DNA of 60,300 nt, filler included, from Globobulimina sp. (GCA_003354225.1; 14 parts of 14 records of this genome joined end to end with filler, not necessarily neighbours in it); one strand, 5' to 3'. Counted from the whole stretch's first letter, positions 36,386 through 48,403 are shown. Program-made: numbers and translations. Notes: generated by a model from the sequence alone, not told the origin.

Positions 36386-37855
36386 ATGACAACCCATTCA
36401 ACACACCAAAGTACACCACATCGCAATGTACATTATATCTCATTATCCTTTTTTTTAGTATTTAGCGGCGTAAATAGCGCATTAGTATTTGGTACAAGGT
36501 TTGTTGCTTTTAAATTTCAATGCAAACACTAATATTTATATTAACCATAAACAAAACAAAAAAGTGATTATGGTGATTATGCAGCTACATCATTAGCGAT
36601 ATTATACATATCGTTTGGTTTAAGTGCGTTATTCATTGTACCATCCATTTTAAACAAAAACATATTATCACCAAAATACTGTGCATTTTATGGCTCTTTG
36701 GTGGAAATATTATTTATTTCTGAATATATTGTGTTTATCAGTCAATATTACTTATACTGCATCTCCGTGATCCAAGGCATTGGAATCTCAATGTATTGGA
36801 TCGGGGCACAACGATATATCATACAATGTGCAAATCAGTACGAACAACAAAACGAGCTCAAAACGAACAGCTCCATCGCCAACTTCCAAGGTTTATATTT
36901 TGCCTTTTATGAGTCGAGCACATTTGTATCCAACTTGTTGTCTGCGATATTATTTACGTTAAAATTATCAAATGCTGCGGTATACTCATTTTTTACTGTT
37001 CTATGTTGCTTTGGATGTGGTATCATATTATTTGCGGATAATATTATTATTAAAGATAACAAAAACAAAATTAAACAAAAAAGCAAATACGCTACATTCA
37101 AAAATGGAGCGCAGAACAATTATTCGTCGTGGAGTACCATCAAAATGTGGCGGAATCCAAAGCTGCAATGTTTATGTGGAATGAGTATATATTTAGGCTT
37201 ATATCAAGAGTTTGAGTTTGGAATTTTTCCTACATTGATCTCAAATGATTGTATGAAGTTTTTTGTGATGGCATGCTATGGTGTGTCTGGTGCATGTTTT
37301 TCTAAATTGTTTGGTGTTTTATCACAGAAAATTAATAGATATTATATAATATCGCTGGGACTGTTTATAAATGTGTTTGTTTATGTATTTATATATGTGA
37401 ATGGTGAGGGTAATAATATCAATGTACTGTATTTGTTTATAATTGCGATATTAAATGGATTGATTGAATCATCATTGTTTATTACATTATTTACATTATA
37501 TCCAATTATTTGTGGCGATAACGCAGAGTCGTTAGCAAATGCACAGTTTTTTCAACAATTTGGATTGGCTTTGGGTTATTTATTATATTCTTTGATAGGG
37601 TTTAACATGAAAATAATTTCTGATTTGATTGCGTTGGGTGTGGCGGGATTTATATTTTTTAAGTCCGATATTGTTCGGAAATATATTAATCATAAAAAAA
37701 ATGATGATTTGCAAGTATTAAATGATAATAATATGAATAATGTAACTGTTATACCAATTATTGTGGCAAATAAATTAAAATATGATCATGTGATTGATTA
37801 TGAAGCGCAATCAGATGGATATGAGTCTACGTACAGTGAGATATCAAATGAGTAA
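36386..37855 (+). CDS. UNC-93-like MFS membrane protein, with intron
   Basis: S.SFFLVF.G, G.G....WIGAQ.YI, F.G.YF.FY..S....NLLS; about 10-12 TM segments. Confidence 0.75.
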
Positions 37856-38210
37856 AATATAATAAAGAAACAATGTGTGTACATATAGGTACTCACAGAG
37901 TAATAAATATTGATGTTAATTAATTTTTTTTTTGTATTTAATACGATTAATAGATCGTTTGTTTGTTTACGTAGTTTTTTTTGTTCTGATAATTTACGTA
38001 AAATATTTATATATGACTGCATTCCGTAGGATCGCTGATTTGAAAATATTTAATCCGTTTATTGACAGATCGGATTCGAATCTTGCAATAACGCAAGACG
38101 GAAATTATTAATTGTTTGGATCGATTTGATTTCTTAAAGTTTTGAAGGAAGAAAGAGCTTTTCTGTGTCGAGTTTGTTTAAAATAAAAACAGCTGTGAAT
38201 AGCAAGGTGG

Positions 38211-38738
38211 TTAGTGGTTATTGTGCCCTTTGTGAAATACTAAAGCAGACAAAACACCAATCATTGATCGATATGACGCAAAAGATTTATTTGAAAATAA
38301 TAATTGCCATCCTTCATCCCAATTTAACATTGATTCATAAAAATCCCAATATGACATTGCAAATAGTACATTTTGGCAACAATTATCACAAATATTTATA
38401 TAAATGTTTCCATTTATTTTAACATTTAGACTGTGTGTTAATAAAACACCCGAATTAAAGCATAATTTGCATAATAATTTCATACAACATTTTGCATAAT
38501 TTCCATTATCTTTTTCTTCCTCTTTTACATTAATGCAATATTTGTCAAATTGTAATTTTTCATCTCGTAATTGTGACACACTTATTTGTGTTATTTGCAA
38601 TGAAGAGGATAAGATATGATACACAATGACTGATACTAACTTATCATAATCTTTTCGTAATGCAAACTTATTATATTTTAAATGTAATTCCATTTCATTA
38701 TATTTATACCCATCCATATCAATATCGTTATTATTTAA
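38211..38738 (-). CDS. Hypothetical protein, C-terminal fragment
   Basis: Open ORF running to the contig edge. Confidence 0.45.
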   Translation of the reverse strand, partial: LNNNDIDMDGYKYNEMELHLKYNKFALRKDYDKLVSVIVYHILSSSLQITQISVSQLRDEKLQFDKYCINVKEEEKDNGNYAKCCMKLLCKLCFNSGVLLTHSLNVKINGNIYINICDNCCQNVLFAMSYWDFYESMLNWDEGWQLLFSNKSFASYRSMIGVLSALVFHKGHNNH

Positions 38739-38838
38739 NNNNNNNNNNNNNNNNNNNNNNNNNNNNNNNNNNNNNNNNNNNNTTAATTAATTAANNNNNN
38801 NNNNNNNNNNNNNNNNNNNNNNNNNNNNNNNNNNNNNN

Positions 38839-38957
38839 TTAATACAACATTTACTGTCATGCAAGACGAGGATGATGGCAATGTTGATGGCAATGATAAA
38901 CAGTTAATTCAATCTGATTTAAGTGTTGATATCGATGTTGATGATGATAATGAAACT
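38839..38957. repeat. 119-nt terminal direct repeat of contig 10 (copy at 42934-43052)
   Basis: The first and last 119 nt of the contig are identical. Confidence 0.95.
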
Positions 38958-40473
38958 TTCGTTAAGCGGTTCCGTCTCAAACGCGCCTTCAAACGAAATA
39001 AACGACAACAACTTATTTTGGCGGTCGTCGCGATCGCGCCATGCCTACGAATAACACGGAGGAGATGGCGTTGTTCATTGCGCGATAATAATAAATTAAA
39101 TTGTAACAATTTCGTCGTGTCCGCACTGGATAGAACCAATTAATTCCGGCCGCCACACGCCTTCGTTCTGAGAAAATTATTACATTCACAACACAAAAAC
39201 AAAACAAAACAAAACATAATAAATCAAAACATATCTGATTTAAATTGCAGCCATGTTTTTTGGCTTTTCGCCATGTGACATGATTTAAGATGCAGCTTAC
39301 TTACTAAACATTTTGTCGCTTATTTACATGACATGTACAAACAAAAGCGAATTAATTATAATTTGATGATTATGCAATTGCAATTAATTCTAACTAGCAG
39401 CAGCAGGCAGGCCACCAGCTTTCGCTATATATTTTGTTTTTTTATAAGATTTGAGGAAGAGATGAAGAGAAATAGATGGATAGAATAAAATAAATCCATA
39501 TAAATAAACAAAATAAATAATATCCAAAATTCCAAATCAATCCATAAAATAACGTTGTCGAGACAGCCGCAGCCGAATTAGGAACCGGTCAGGCACTGCG
39601 TTATAAAGAGACGAATAGGCATGACCCCAGTTTCGACTCTAGTTACTGTCAGTATGCCGAGCAACGTGTATTTTGGCCAACGACGGTTGATATTTGAACC
39701 AAAACACCTATCCGTAATAAAATTATTACCATAAAACCATTTTATAATGAAAATGAACCATGATGCAGCATTTCAATGATTTCAAAGTAGAGGAAAAAAG
39801 TGTTAATTTGAAGTTTTTGTCTGTGAAAATATTGACTACACACATTATCATATTTATATAATATCCACATTTTCCAACACCACGATTTGATGCCATGGAT
39901 TTTTTTACATGCATATAATTGGTTTATTACTGCACCAAATATAAAATTTAATTAAAATATAAAAACCATATTCCGAAATTATAGTGTTGATTTGATTAAT
40001 TTCGTAACTAAATATAAAATTGATGATTGTGACTAGCCACTGGCTTTTTAACGATAAAAATTGAGTGGAACATGGATGATATTGACATATTTGGTGCTAA
40101 GCCGGTGTTGGAATGTTACCCAAATCATTCAGAAAAAAATATCAATCAAAAAAGCGTTGAAAAAACAGAAAAAAATATAGAAAAAAAAAGAAGAAAACCT
40201 TAAAAAATGCTGAAAATAGTACCGAATCGGAGTCAAAAAATGTAAATTGCCAAAAAATATATAGACACTAAAAGAAGCAGCCAGCCAGCCAGCCAGCCCG
40301 CCAGACACACCCACGACGCCCACGCCCACACCGCACCACCTCCTGCCACCCAGCCACTCCTATAATGTGACATATTTCTGTTGAAAACCTTTCTGTCAAA
40401 ACCTTTCAAGAGTAAGATTGGATAAAAAAAAAGCAATAATAATATTAACGAAAGTTACAATAACTTTAGTTTT

Positions 40474-42117
40474 TCACTTTCTCAACAATTTTCCAGTAAT
40501 TTTCGGATACCAAACAGCAAATATTTCATCGTTTAACGGGATTTTAAACTCTTTATCAACGATTTTCTGATTGATTTTTTTAAATTGATGTTGATTTCCA
40601 TAAATATCTTTAAAAAACAACATCGGCCATAGATGATACAAATATTTTGTCCGAAACCGGGTACAAACTCCAGTTTGCATATATTGATAACAACGGATTT
40701 TATGCCACGAATAAATATGAAATGATAACAGAAACATTCTGCCCTTCAAATCATCCATACACGAGATGTGATTCGCTCTTTGTTCATAGATTAACTTTGG
40801 TAAAATATACGACAGACTCAAATTATTCATGCTTTGATAACAAACTCTCTCATTCGCATTCATATTATTTATTATATTCCCATACGGCTTCGGTGGTTGA
40901 TAGACGTACATAATGTCACTGGCTTTGTTAATTTTCGTGGATGAATGTCTCCGGTCAATGATAACGATGATCCGTTTGTTCTTATATTTATTTCCACAAA
41001 TAAACTTTACCGCATTTAATATCTTGGCCGCAATACTGTTTTTATGTTGATTGTGATGTATAATTTCTTTGATATATTTAATCTTTGCGTGATCCAAACG
41101 CTGTTCGATGCGGCCAATTTCCTTATCATTGTCGTCATTATCGGCAGCATTCAATTCATCTAAAAATTCCGTATTTTCTTCGGTGTCATCGTCAATATAA
41201 TCAAATAGCTCATTATCGTCACCTAAATATGTGACGGTCGCATCCGCCACAGATATGACATGATTTGGTATGATCCAAAAATCGATTTGTAAAGGACAGC
41301 CAACTCCGGTTTTGAAGATATTTTGTAACTTATTCACTGCCAAAGTTAAAGCAAACGTATACTGCACGAATGGAACGTATGCATCGTTGATTTGATTCAT
41401 TGGATTAAACAATAAAATGTGTTGGAATTTGCGTATATAATAAGCCAAACCAGACATATATTTGTCTCTTATTTTATAATTTAAGTTTTTAAAATAGACG
41501 CATTTGTTTATAAACTCTTTAAATTGCACATATTTGTTGCCATTGGATTGGATATATTCATTGATCCGATATTCATTGAATATGTCCAATATCAACGATA
41601 ATAAATCGATATTATGTTTGTACCCAACTGCTAATATCGTAAATAATGAATTGCCGCTGTCTCCGTATTGAGTGCTTTGATATAAACGCGGCAATGTTCG
41701 AGCTAAGAATGTATTACATTTTGATTGTTGATAATTACTTAAATTCCAATCCAATTCCGAGGGTAATATAATATTTGAATCGTTATGGTTTGTAACATAT
41801 AGTTGTTGTTCCATATTAATATCAGCATCGCTGTCGACGTCATCTGTTTTAGTTTCTTGTTCTGGTTTATACCCAAATACAATCTCATAAATTGTATTGT
41901 AAATCCAATCGGTTTCATATTCTTTTAATTTAAATTGGAATGCAATATGATCCAAGAGATAGCATTCTTTTTTATTCTCCAACTCACTCTGAAACATAAA
42001 TATTCCATTGAACTCATTAAATGTGTAATAATCATAAATTGCATTGGCCCAGCCACTGTTAGATGTGCTAATTTTGACTTTTATGTTCTCCACTAATTCT
42101 ATTGCATCATCTTCCAT
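40474..42117 (-). CDS. Lineage-specific hypothetical protein, paralogue of 21706-23276
   Basis: Shared IG.I..RL, KR..V..DRR, Y...PP.PY and SFH......IRCY.Y...G...RF motifs. Confidence 0.7.
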   Translation of the reverse strand: MEDDAIELVENIKVKISTSNSGWANAIYDYYTFNEFNGIFMFQSELENKKECYLLDHIAFQFKLKEYETDWIYNTIYEIVFGYKPEQETKTDDVDSDADINMEQQLYVTNHNDSNIILPSELDWNLSNYQQSKCNTFLARTLPRLYQSTQYGDSGNSLFTILAVGYKHNIDLLSLILDIFNEYRINEYIQSNGNKYVQFKEFINKCVYFKNLNYKIRDKYMSGLAYYIRKFQHILLFNPMNQINDAYVPFVQYTFALTLAVNKLQNIFKTGVGCPLQIDFWIIPNHVISVADATVTYLGDDNELFDYIDDDTEENTEFLDELNAADNDDNDKEIGRIEQRLDHAKIKYIKEIIHHNQHKNSIAAKILNAVKFICGNKYKNKRIIVIIDRRHSSTKINKASDIMYVYQPPKPYGNIINNMNANERVCYQSMNNLSLSYILPKLIYEQRANHISCMDDLKGRMFLLSFHIYSWHKIRCYQYMQTGVCTRFRTKYLYHLWPMLFFKDIYGNQHQFKKINQKIVDKEFKIPLNDEIFAVWYPKITGKLLRK

Positions 42118-42185
42118 TGTTTGAATGGATTTTTTTACAAAAACGTTTTTTCAACAGTCAGTCCGGCAAATGAACTCTGCAAACA

Positions 42186-43052
42186 ATGGCAGATACAGCG
42201 TATAAACAAATGGATGACAATAAGCGACCACAAAACTCTTCTTCATTAACGTTGTCGTTAGTAATATGTATATCACATAGTTTAATTGGTGTCTTTTTAA
42301 TGGGATATAATACCGCTTTATTTAACATCCCTGAAGCTACAATTCGTTCTAACTCATCGCAATCATTTATAAATGAATATTTATGGGAGATTATCAATGC
42401 CATGTTCCCCATTGGCGCACTGTTTGGTGCAGCTTTTAGTGGCGGAATGGCAGATAAGTTTGGTAGGAAAAAGATGATAATTTTAAATTCAATAATAAAT
42501 ATTATTGCCTCTGCTATCACAGCCACATCATTTTATTATCAACAACTGTTAATTGGACGGTTTATCACAGGAATTGGGAGTGGCGTGGCAACAGTGGTTA
42601 GCAGTGCTTATCTGAATGAAATATCACCCGATAATATCCGAGGTATTATCGGAACATTATTACAAATAATGGTGACATTTGCAATTGTTGTGTCGGAATT
42701 ATTGGGCAAAATATGGCTTCTAAATCCATTCTGGAGATATGGCTGTTGTGTTGGTGCTGTTCTATCTGTGTTGCAATTGTCTTTTGTTTGTACTTTATTA
42801 GAATCACCCAAATGGTTAATTGCACAGAAAAAGAGATCACAAGCTCTTGCAGTGTTGAATAAGTTGCATGGTTTTAAGTATACTTCGATGGATATTCAAA
42901 TGGAACAAACAATGCAGCTACAAAATAAGGATTTTAATACAACATTTACTGTCATGCAAGACGAGGATGATGGCAATGTTGATGGCAATGATAAACAGTT
43001 AATTCAATCTGATTTAAGTGTTGATATCGATGTTGATGATGATAATGAAACT
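42186..43052 (+). CDS. Sugar porter (GLUT-like MFS), N-terminal half; continues across the terminal repeat to ~39030
   Basis: F.MGYN, D.FGRK, L.IGRFITGIG.G, YLNEISP..IRG, WR, ESPKWL. Confidence 0.9.
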
Positions 43053-43152
43053 NNNNNNNNNNNNNNNNNNNNNNNNNNNNNNNNNNNNNNNNNNNNTTAA
43101 TTAATTAANNNNNNNNNNNNNNNNNNNNNNNNNNNNNNNNNNNNNNNNNNNN

Positions 43153-46100
43153 AGTTAATTGGGGACAATATGAAAACGAATCCGATTCTGACTCTCCACC
43201 ACCCCTTGAACCCTTCACAGACACTACAGAGGATTGGCACTGTCTGAATATAATTGAAGGTATCCCGCACTACGACCCCTCACACATCGGACCGCTAGAA
43301 CGTGCCCCAAACCATTACCGCCCAATAACTTTGCTGCCACTCCTCTTTAAAGCCTATGAACGGCTCGTTCTCTGGGAAATGAATATCGAGCATACTTTCA
43401 GGCGAAACTTACATATCTTACAAGGCGAAGTCATAAAGTCATAATCATAAAGTCATAAAGCTTAGGTGTTTCGCAGTGTACTAGCTGCGTAAGCAGTTAG
43501 ATTGGGTTATGGCTGCGGCAGCAGCTTTGGTGTTTCGCAGTGTAATAGCTGCGTAAGCAGTTAAAGTGGGGTTCTGCTGCGTTAGCAAGCAGCTCTGTTA
43601 CACTGCGAAACACCAAAGCTGCTGTTCTAGGGCACTCTAGGGTGTTCTAGGGCAGTCTAGGGCAGTCTAGGGCGGTCTAGGATAGTCTAGGATAGTCTAG
43701 GATAGTCTAGTATAGTCTAGGATAGTCTAGGGTAGTTTAGGGTAGTTTAGGATAGTCTGGGGAGGGTTAGGTGGCGGGGTGGTAGTTTAGTAGTGGGGTG
43801 GGGTGGTGTGGTGGTAGCATACTAGTAGGTGGGGTCGTGTGGTGGTGTGCTAGCAAACTAATGGCCTGGTTTGTGCGTACCTTATAACTAGGTGTTAAGT
43901 TGCATGTAATTAGTTCGGAATTATAATTATAAATTTAGGTAGCTGAGTTTGAAATTATGACTTTTTGACTTTATGACTTTATGACTTTTTGACTTTTTGA
44001 CTTTTTCACTTTTTGACTTTATGATTGTGACTTTATGACTTTACGACATATTTAGTCTCTAGTATCAAAAAAAATGACTTTATGAGTTTATGACTTTCGA
44101 AAGTAGAAACGACTTTTTGACTAGAAAGCGTCTTTTTTTTGTAACTTTGACCCGTTGCCCTGTGCCTCGTTAGACATTCGCAAGGCATTTGACACAGTGT
44201 GGCGTAAAGGTTTACTGTTCAAATTGCACCGCCATTTCAATATTCCAGTCAATATCTGCAAAATCATAAAAGCGATCTACGATACCTCCCATTCTGCGAT
44301 GCGAGATATCCCTTTCATTACACAGCTCTTCCAATTACATAATGGTGTTTTACAGGGCTCGGTCCTTAGCCCCATCCTATTTGCTGCTTTCATTAATGAT
44401 ATGATAACAGATCTGCAGTCCTCAGGGAAAGGAGCCACTTCGCCAGACCCTAATATACCGATTGCCTGCATATTCTACGCTGATGACGTAGTATTACTGG
44501 CAAACTCCATGGAGCTGGGCTTACACGTTTAATGCAAAAAAATGTAAAACTATGATATACAATGATGCCGATATACTCTCCAACAATACCAACCATTATA
44601 GCCCCGCACAAAAACAAATTATTACCCACGAATACCATTCAGCTCTGCCACAAATAAACCAAAAAGAAGCACCCATCAATAACAAAATAATGGCAATAGA
44701 CATTGATGGCTCAGTTTGCTCTTATAACGCCCATGAAATACCACCTGATATTCTCAACAGCTTCAAACAACACTGTACGTACTACAAAAACAAAGTTTCC
44801 AATAAACCATCTCATATCATTTGGAAACATATTATCCGCGACGACAGTTGGATAATCTCCAAAATGCACCATATGTGCTTAATGTACAACAAACCATTGC
44901 AAAATTAAATCCCTCAAATTCCGGTATTCCGTCTCCGTCCGAAAGATGGGCAGTCCTGAAATTGGCTTTCTATTGGAAACTGACAAAAAATAAGCCAATC
45001 TCATACATGCATATATCGAATTCCCTGCCAAACATCCTCAATTATACATTGTTTAAACAGTTCCATGACCTAAAAACTAAATGGCTCCCCAACCAAATCC
45101 AGTTAATTGAAGGTATCCCCACAAACGTTGATGCATTTAATACTGTTGATGGTCCCCATGAACTCCGTCCAATCATAGTAAAAAATCAACATATACAAAT
45201 CGTCAGTTCTTTCCATGACTGTCACCCCCTCAAAGTCCTCCAACATCACCTCCCCGATTACAAAGCAATGAACACCTACGAACTCCCTGATTTAGATGAT
45301 TTTGTTAAAGCCCGCATGATCCCGATATATCGTGAACTCTTTTATTTCTTCAATCAGAAGACCAATTATTGTAAACTCTGTGCCTCTGATACTCCCATCC
45401 CAATTGAGGCCCACCTATTCATCCAATGTCCTGCCTTGCAAACCCTCAGATATGCCTATTGGAACCACGCTAGAGCAGGATTTGCCAAAATTGGCTCCAA
45501 AATCAACAAATTCCATAACCAGATTTTCATGCAGCGCCTCATTGAGTTCTGCGAAGATGTCCGCATTGATAATGACACACTTTGGCGGATCATCTGTGGA
45601 GCCAACTGCTACAATGAGGAACTACTGCAATTCACATACAACCACTCAAATATTGATGTATCTCATTCCAAAAACACCCTCTATAAAAATATCATCTCGC
45701 AATCCCACAGATACATTGATACAGTTTACCGTATCCATAACAACGGTATCTCACTAAATTACTGTATCAATCAACACAGCATTGTCCCCAAACACATGAT
45801 AATCCATCACATCAGAAATGATTCCATCAATGACTGGAACAATTATAGACATACAATACGACCCACTGATATCATCATTTCAACTGACTCTTCCAGCGAG
45901 AATAATTGCACCGGCATCTGCATAATGATAAAAGATCACAATAAAATCCATTGCTTTGCCCAACCCATTGGTTCCCAAACCAACCATTATGGTGAACTCC
46001 TAGCAATCGGCAAATCCAAATTCCTTTTGAATCATTGTAAAATATCCACCGCCAACAGGCGCTTAATTCTATTCACATACTCCATGACCAATTTTATCTC

Positions 46101-46434
46101 ACTAATAAATACGCCAACCTGTTCAAAGCCACCCAAAAACACATTATCAGTTTACAAATAATACTCTGGAAAATCAAAGCCCATACTAAACCCAGAGAGC
46201 AGGTCTTTAATTGCATTGCCGACAGACTCGCGTTCTTTGGGCGAAATCACCCCAACAATAGTAACCTCATCATCCCCTCAATGTCCTCAATTTCCCACGC
46301 CAAATATAAATGCTTCACCCTTTCCCCCGAACCTAGTTTCGGGTTTATTTACTCCCTCACAGGGTTGTTCCAGCAATCTGTGAGCCTGGAATCAGACCTC
46401 CGGCCTGATTGAATTTTACCCCACTACTACTACA
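43153..46434 (+). mobile_element. Degenerate non-LTR retrotransposon (RT, CCHC, RNase H) interrupted by an insertion
   Basis: 43154-43427 reads NHYRPITLLPLLFKAYER...LQG. From 44155 it reads LDIRKAFDTV, GVLQGSVLSP, YADD, then frameshifts. CKLC...EAHLFIQC follows, then RNase H remnants (ISTDSS, GELLAI, WKIKAH...N.IAD.LA at ~46160-46235) and a possible (TAC)n tail at ~46421-46434. Confidence 0.88.
43428..44151. mobile_element. Non-coding foldback-like insertion with tandem-repeat terminal arms
   Basis: Left arm (AAAGTCAT)n at 43428-43460 and right arm (TTT[A/T]TGAC)n at 43955-~44151. Inside are a perfect 27-bp inverted repeat and a 10-bp tandem array. Confidence 0.65.
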
Positions 46435-47465
46435 TTTCAATTTGTGTGTTGTGTTTTCGAAGTGTGTGTAACAGTGTATCCAGCTCCTTTGGATTATAGA
46501 GATTTGAGTATGCAATAAAGGTGAAAAAAAATATAAATTTATAATTGACTTTTTAGGTTCACACTTCTAAACACTTCTTTTGTGATTGACTAAGTTTTTT
46601 AAAGTTTTTGAATTGCAAATCCATCAATTTGTTTACTAAAAAAACGCCAGTAAAACTGTTTTATTTTTAACGAACTTGAGCTTACAAAAGCCCTAGAGGT
46701 AGTAAAATAGAAACGAAAAACACAACTTGTACGTGAAAAAAAACACACATTGGCTGCATGATTGAGATTTGATAAAGGAAAAATATGATTGGGATTTGAA
46801 CACACAATGACATTAAAATACGAACGAGTCCGACATGCAACGATCGAGCTCGACATGCAACGATCGATGACACTAACTCAAAGTCCAAACTTTTTTTAGC
46901 TCCACATCAAAAACAATGGATGCTTTCGGAGCGAAGCGACTCATCCATGGATATAATGCATGGTATTTATTATTGAATTGAATTTATAAACGTCATGATC
47001 GCAAGCACAAGACTGTGATACGTACAATTCTCTTTCCTGTCCTTGCGGACAAACCAAATTGGTCAACCGGGAAAGAGAAAAGACATCACTTCACAGCAAA
47101 GCACCCAAAAAAGAAACAAAAAAAATAAAAACAACAAATCAAAAGAAATAAAATAAAGCACCAATACATCCAGATTACAATCTGAGCAACACCGATGATA
47201 GGACAATAACCTAAACAAAGGTGAGGGACAATAACCATTTTTGATTGTTTCATGGTTTATTATGGTATCTATGGGTGGCGACGAAGTCGCCTCATCGATA
47301 TGGATATTATTATATTTATTGGTATCTATGGCGGCGACGCAGTCGCCTCATCGATCGATGTTATTNNNNNNNNNNNNNNNNNNNNNNNNNNNNNNNNNNN
47401 NNNNNNNNNTTAATTAATTAANNNNNNNNNNNNNNNNNNNNNNNNNNNNNNNNNNNNNNNNNNNN

Positions 47466-47680
47466 CGCCTGCACATCCTCGAGAATCTTACGGGCATCGT
47501 CTAGATACCTTAAGCCCGCTTCCGTGGTGCGCACCAAGCGAGTGGTGCGCTGCAGAAGCTTGACCCCGAGGGAGTCCTCCAAGCTGGCCACCGCCCGTGT
47601 AACCGCAGGCGCCGACATATCCAAGCGCCGCGCCGCCGCCGAGAAGCCTCCTGTCTCGGCCACGGCCACGAATACCATTG
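47466..47680 (-). other. GC-rich bacterial LysR-type regulator HTH fragment
   Basis: FVAVAETGGFSAAARRLDMSAPAVTRAVASLEDSLGVKLLQRTTR.V..TEAG. Abrupt GC-to-AT shift at ~47680. Confidence 0.9.
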
Positions 47681-48403
47681 AGACGTAATAAAAATAAAGT
47701 AAATCGGCAAGGATCAAGACCCAATCATTTAATAATATTATTGGACGCGTCCCGATCCATGACCTCACCTTTACATTATGCCTTGGATGGCGAGGTCGCA
47801 GTTTCTCGCTTATCGATGGCGGTAAAATATATTAAAAAATATATACAGATCAAATGGAATACAGAGTTTCAGAAAGAAACCCTTATATCTTTGGCGACTT
47901 TTGGTGAGGACCTAAGTGTTAAAGAGAATACACGAAGGTGTACTCCTCAGAGTATCAAGGCATTGATGGGATACCTGGTGGATTTGAGGAAAGAGGATGA
48001 ATTGTACGACGGTTTGGAGACTGAAACGGCAGTTTATCAGTTATTGGACAAATTGATGGATATGATTCGATTGGGTCGGATGAGCAGATATAAAAATACG
48101 CGGATTTTAATGTTTACGGATGGTGAGAATGTATCGCATGCGCCGCTGTATGGGCCAATCAAAAATACCTTGAAATATAAGGAAATTACCATCGATTGTA
48201 TACAAACCAGTCGTGGAGAGAGAGATAATGTGGCTTTGAAGAGGATATGTACGCAATATTCGCATCAAGGACGTTTCTGGAATCCTTTAACCATCGCTGA
48301 TTGGAATACGATTTTTGATTCCGTTGATTTTTTATTTCCTTATCGTAGAGATTTTGTCTATGATCTAACACGTGATGATAGTGAGGAGGATGCGGATGAT
48401 TGA
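47681..48403 (+). CDS. von Willebrand factor A domain protein, 5'-truncated
   Basis: HLIILLDASRSM (MIDAS DxSxS), ISLATF, RILMFTDGE. Confidence 0.75.
   Translation, partial: RRNKNKVNRQGSRPNHLIILLDASRSMTSPLHYALDGEVAVSRLSMAVKYIKKYIQIKWNTEFQKETLISLATFGEDLSVKENTRRCTPQSIKALMGYLVDLRKEDELYDGLETETAVYQLLDKLMDMIRLGRMSRYKNTRILMFTDGENVSHAPLYGPIKNTLKYKEITIDCIQTSRGERDNVALKRICTQYSHQGRFWNPLTIADWNTIFDSVDFLFPYRRDFVYDLTRDDSEEDADD

Noticed and set aside
47418..47768. Membrane-anchored LysR ORF as given in the track
   Set aside because: The N-terminal part is antisense vWA sequence across a chimeric junction.
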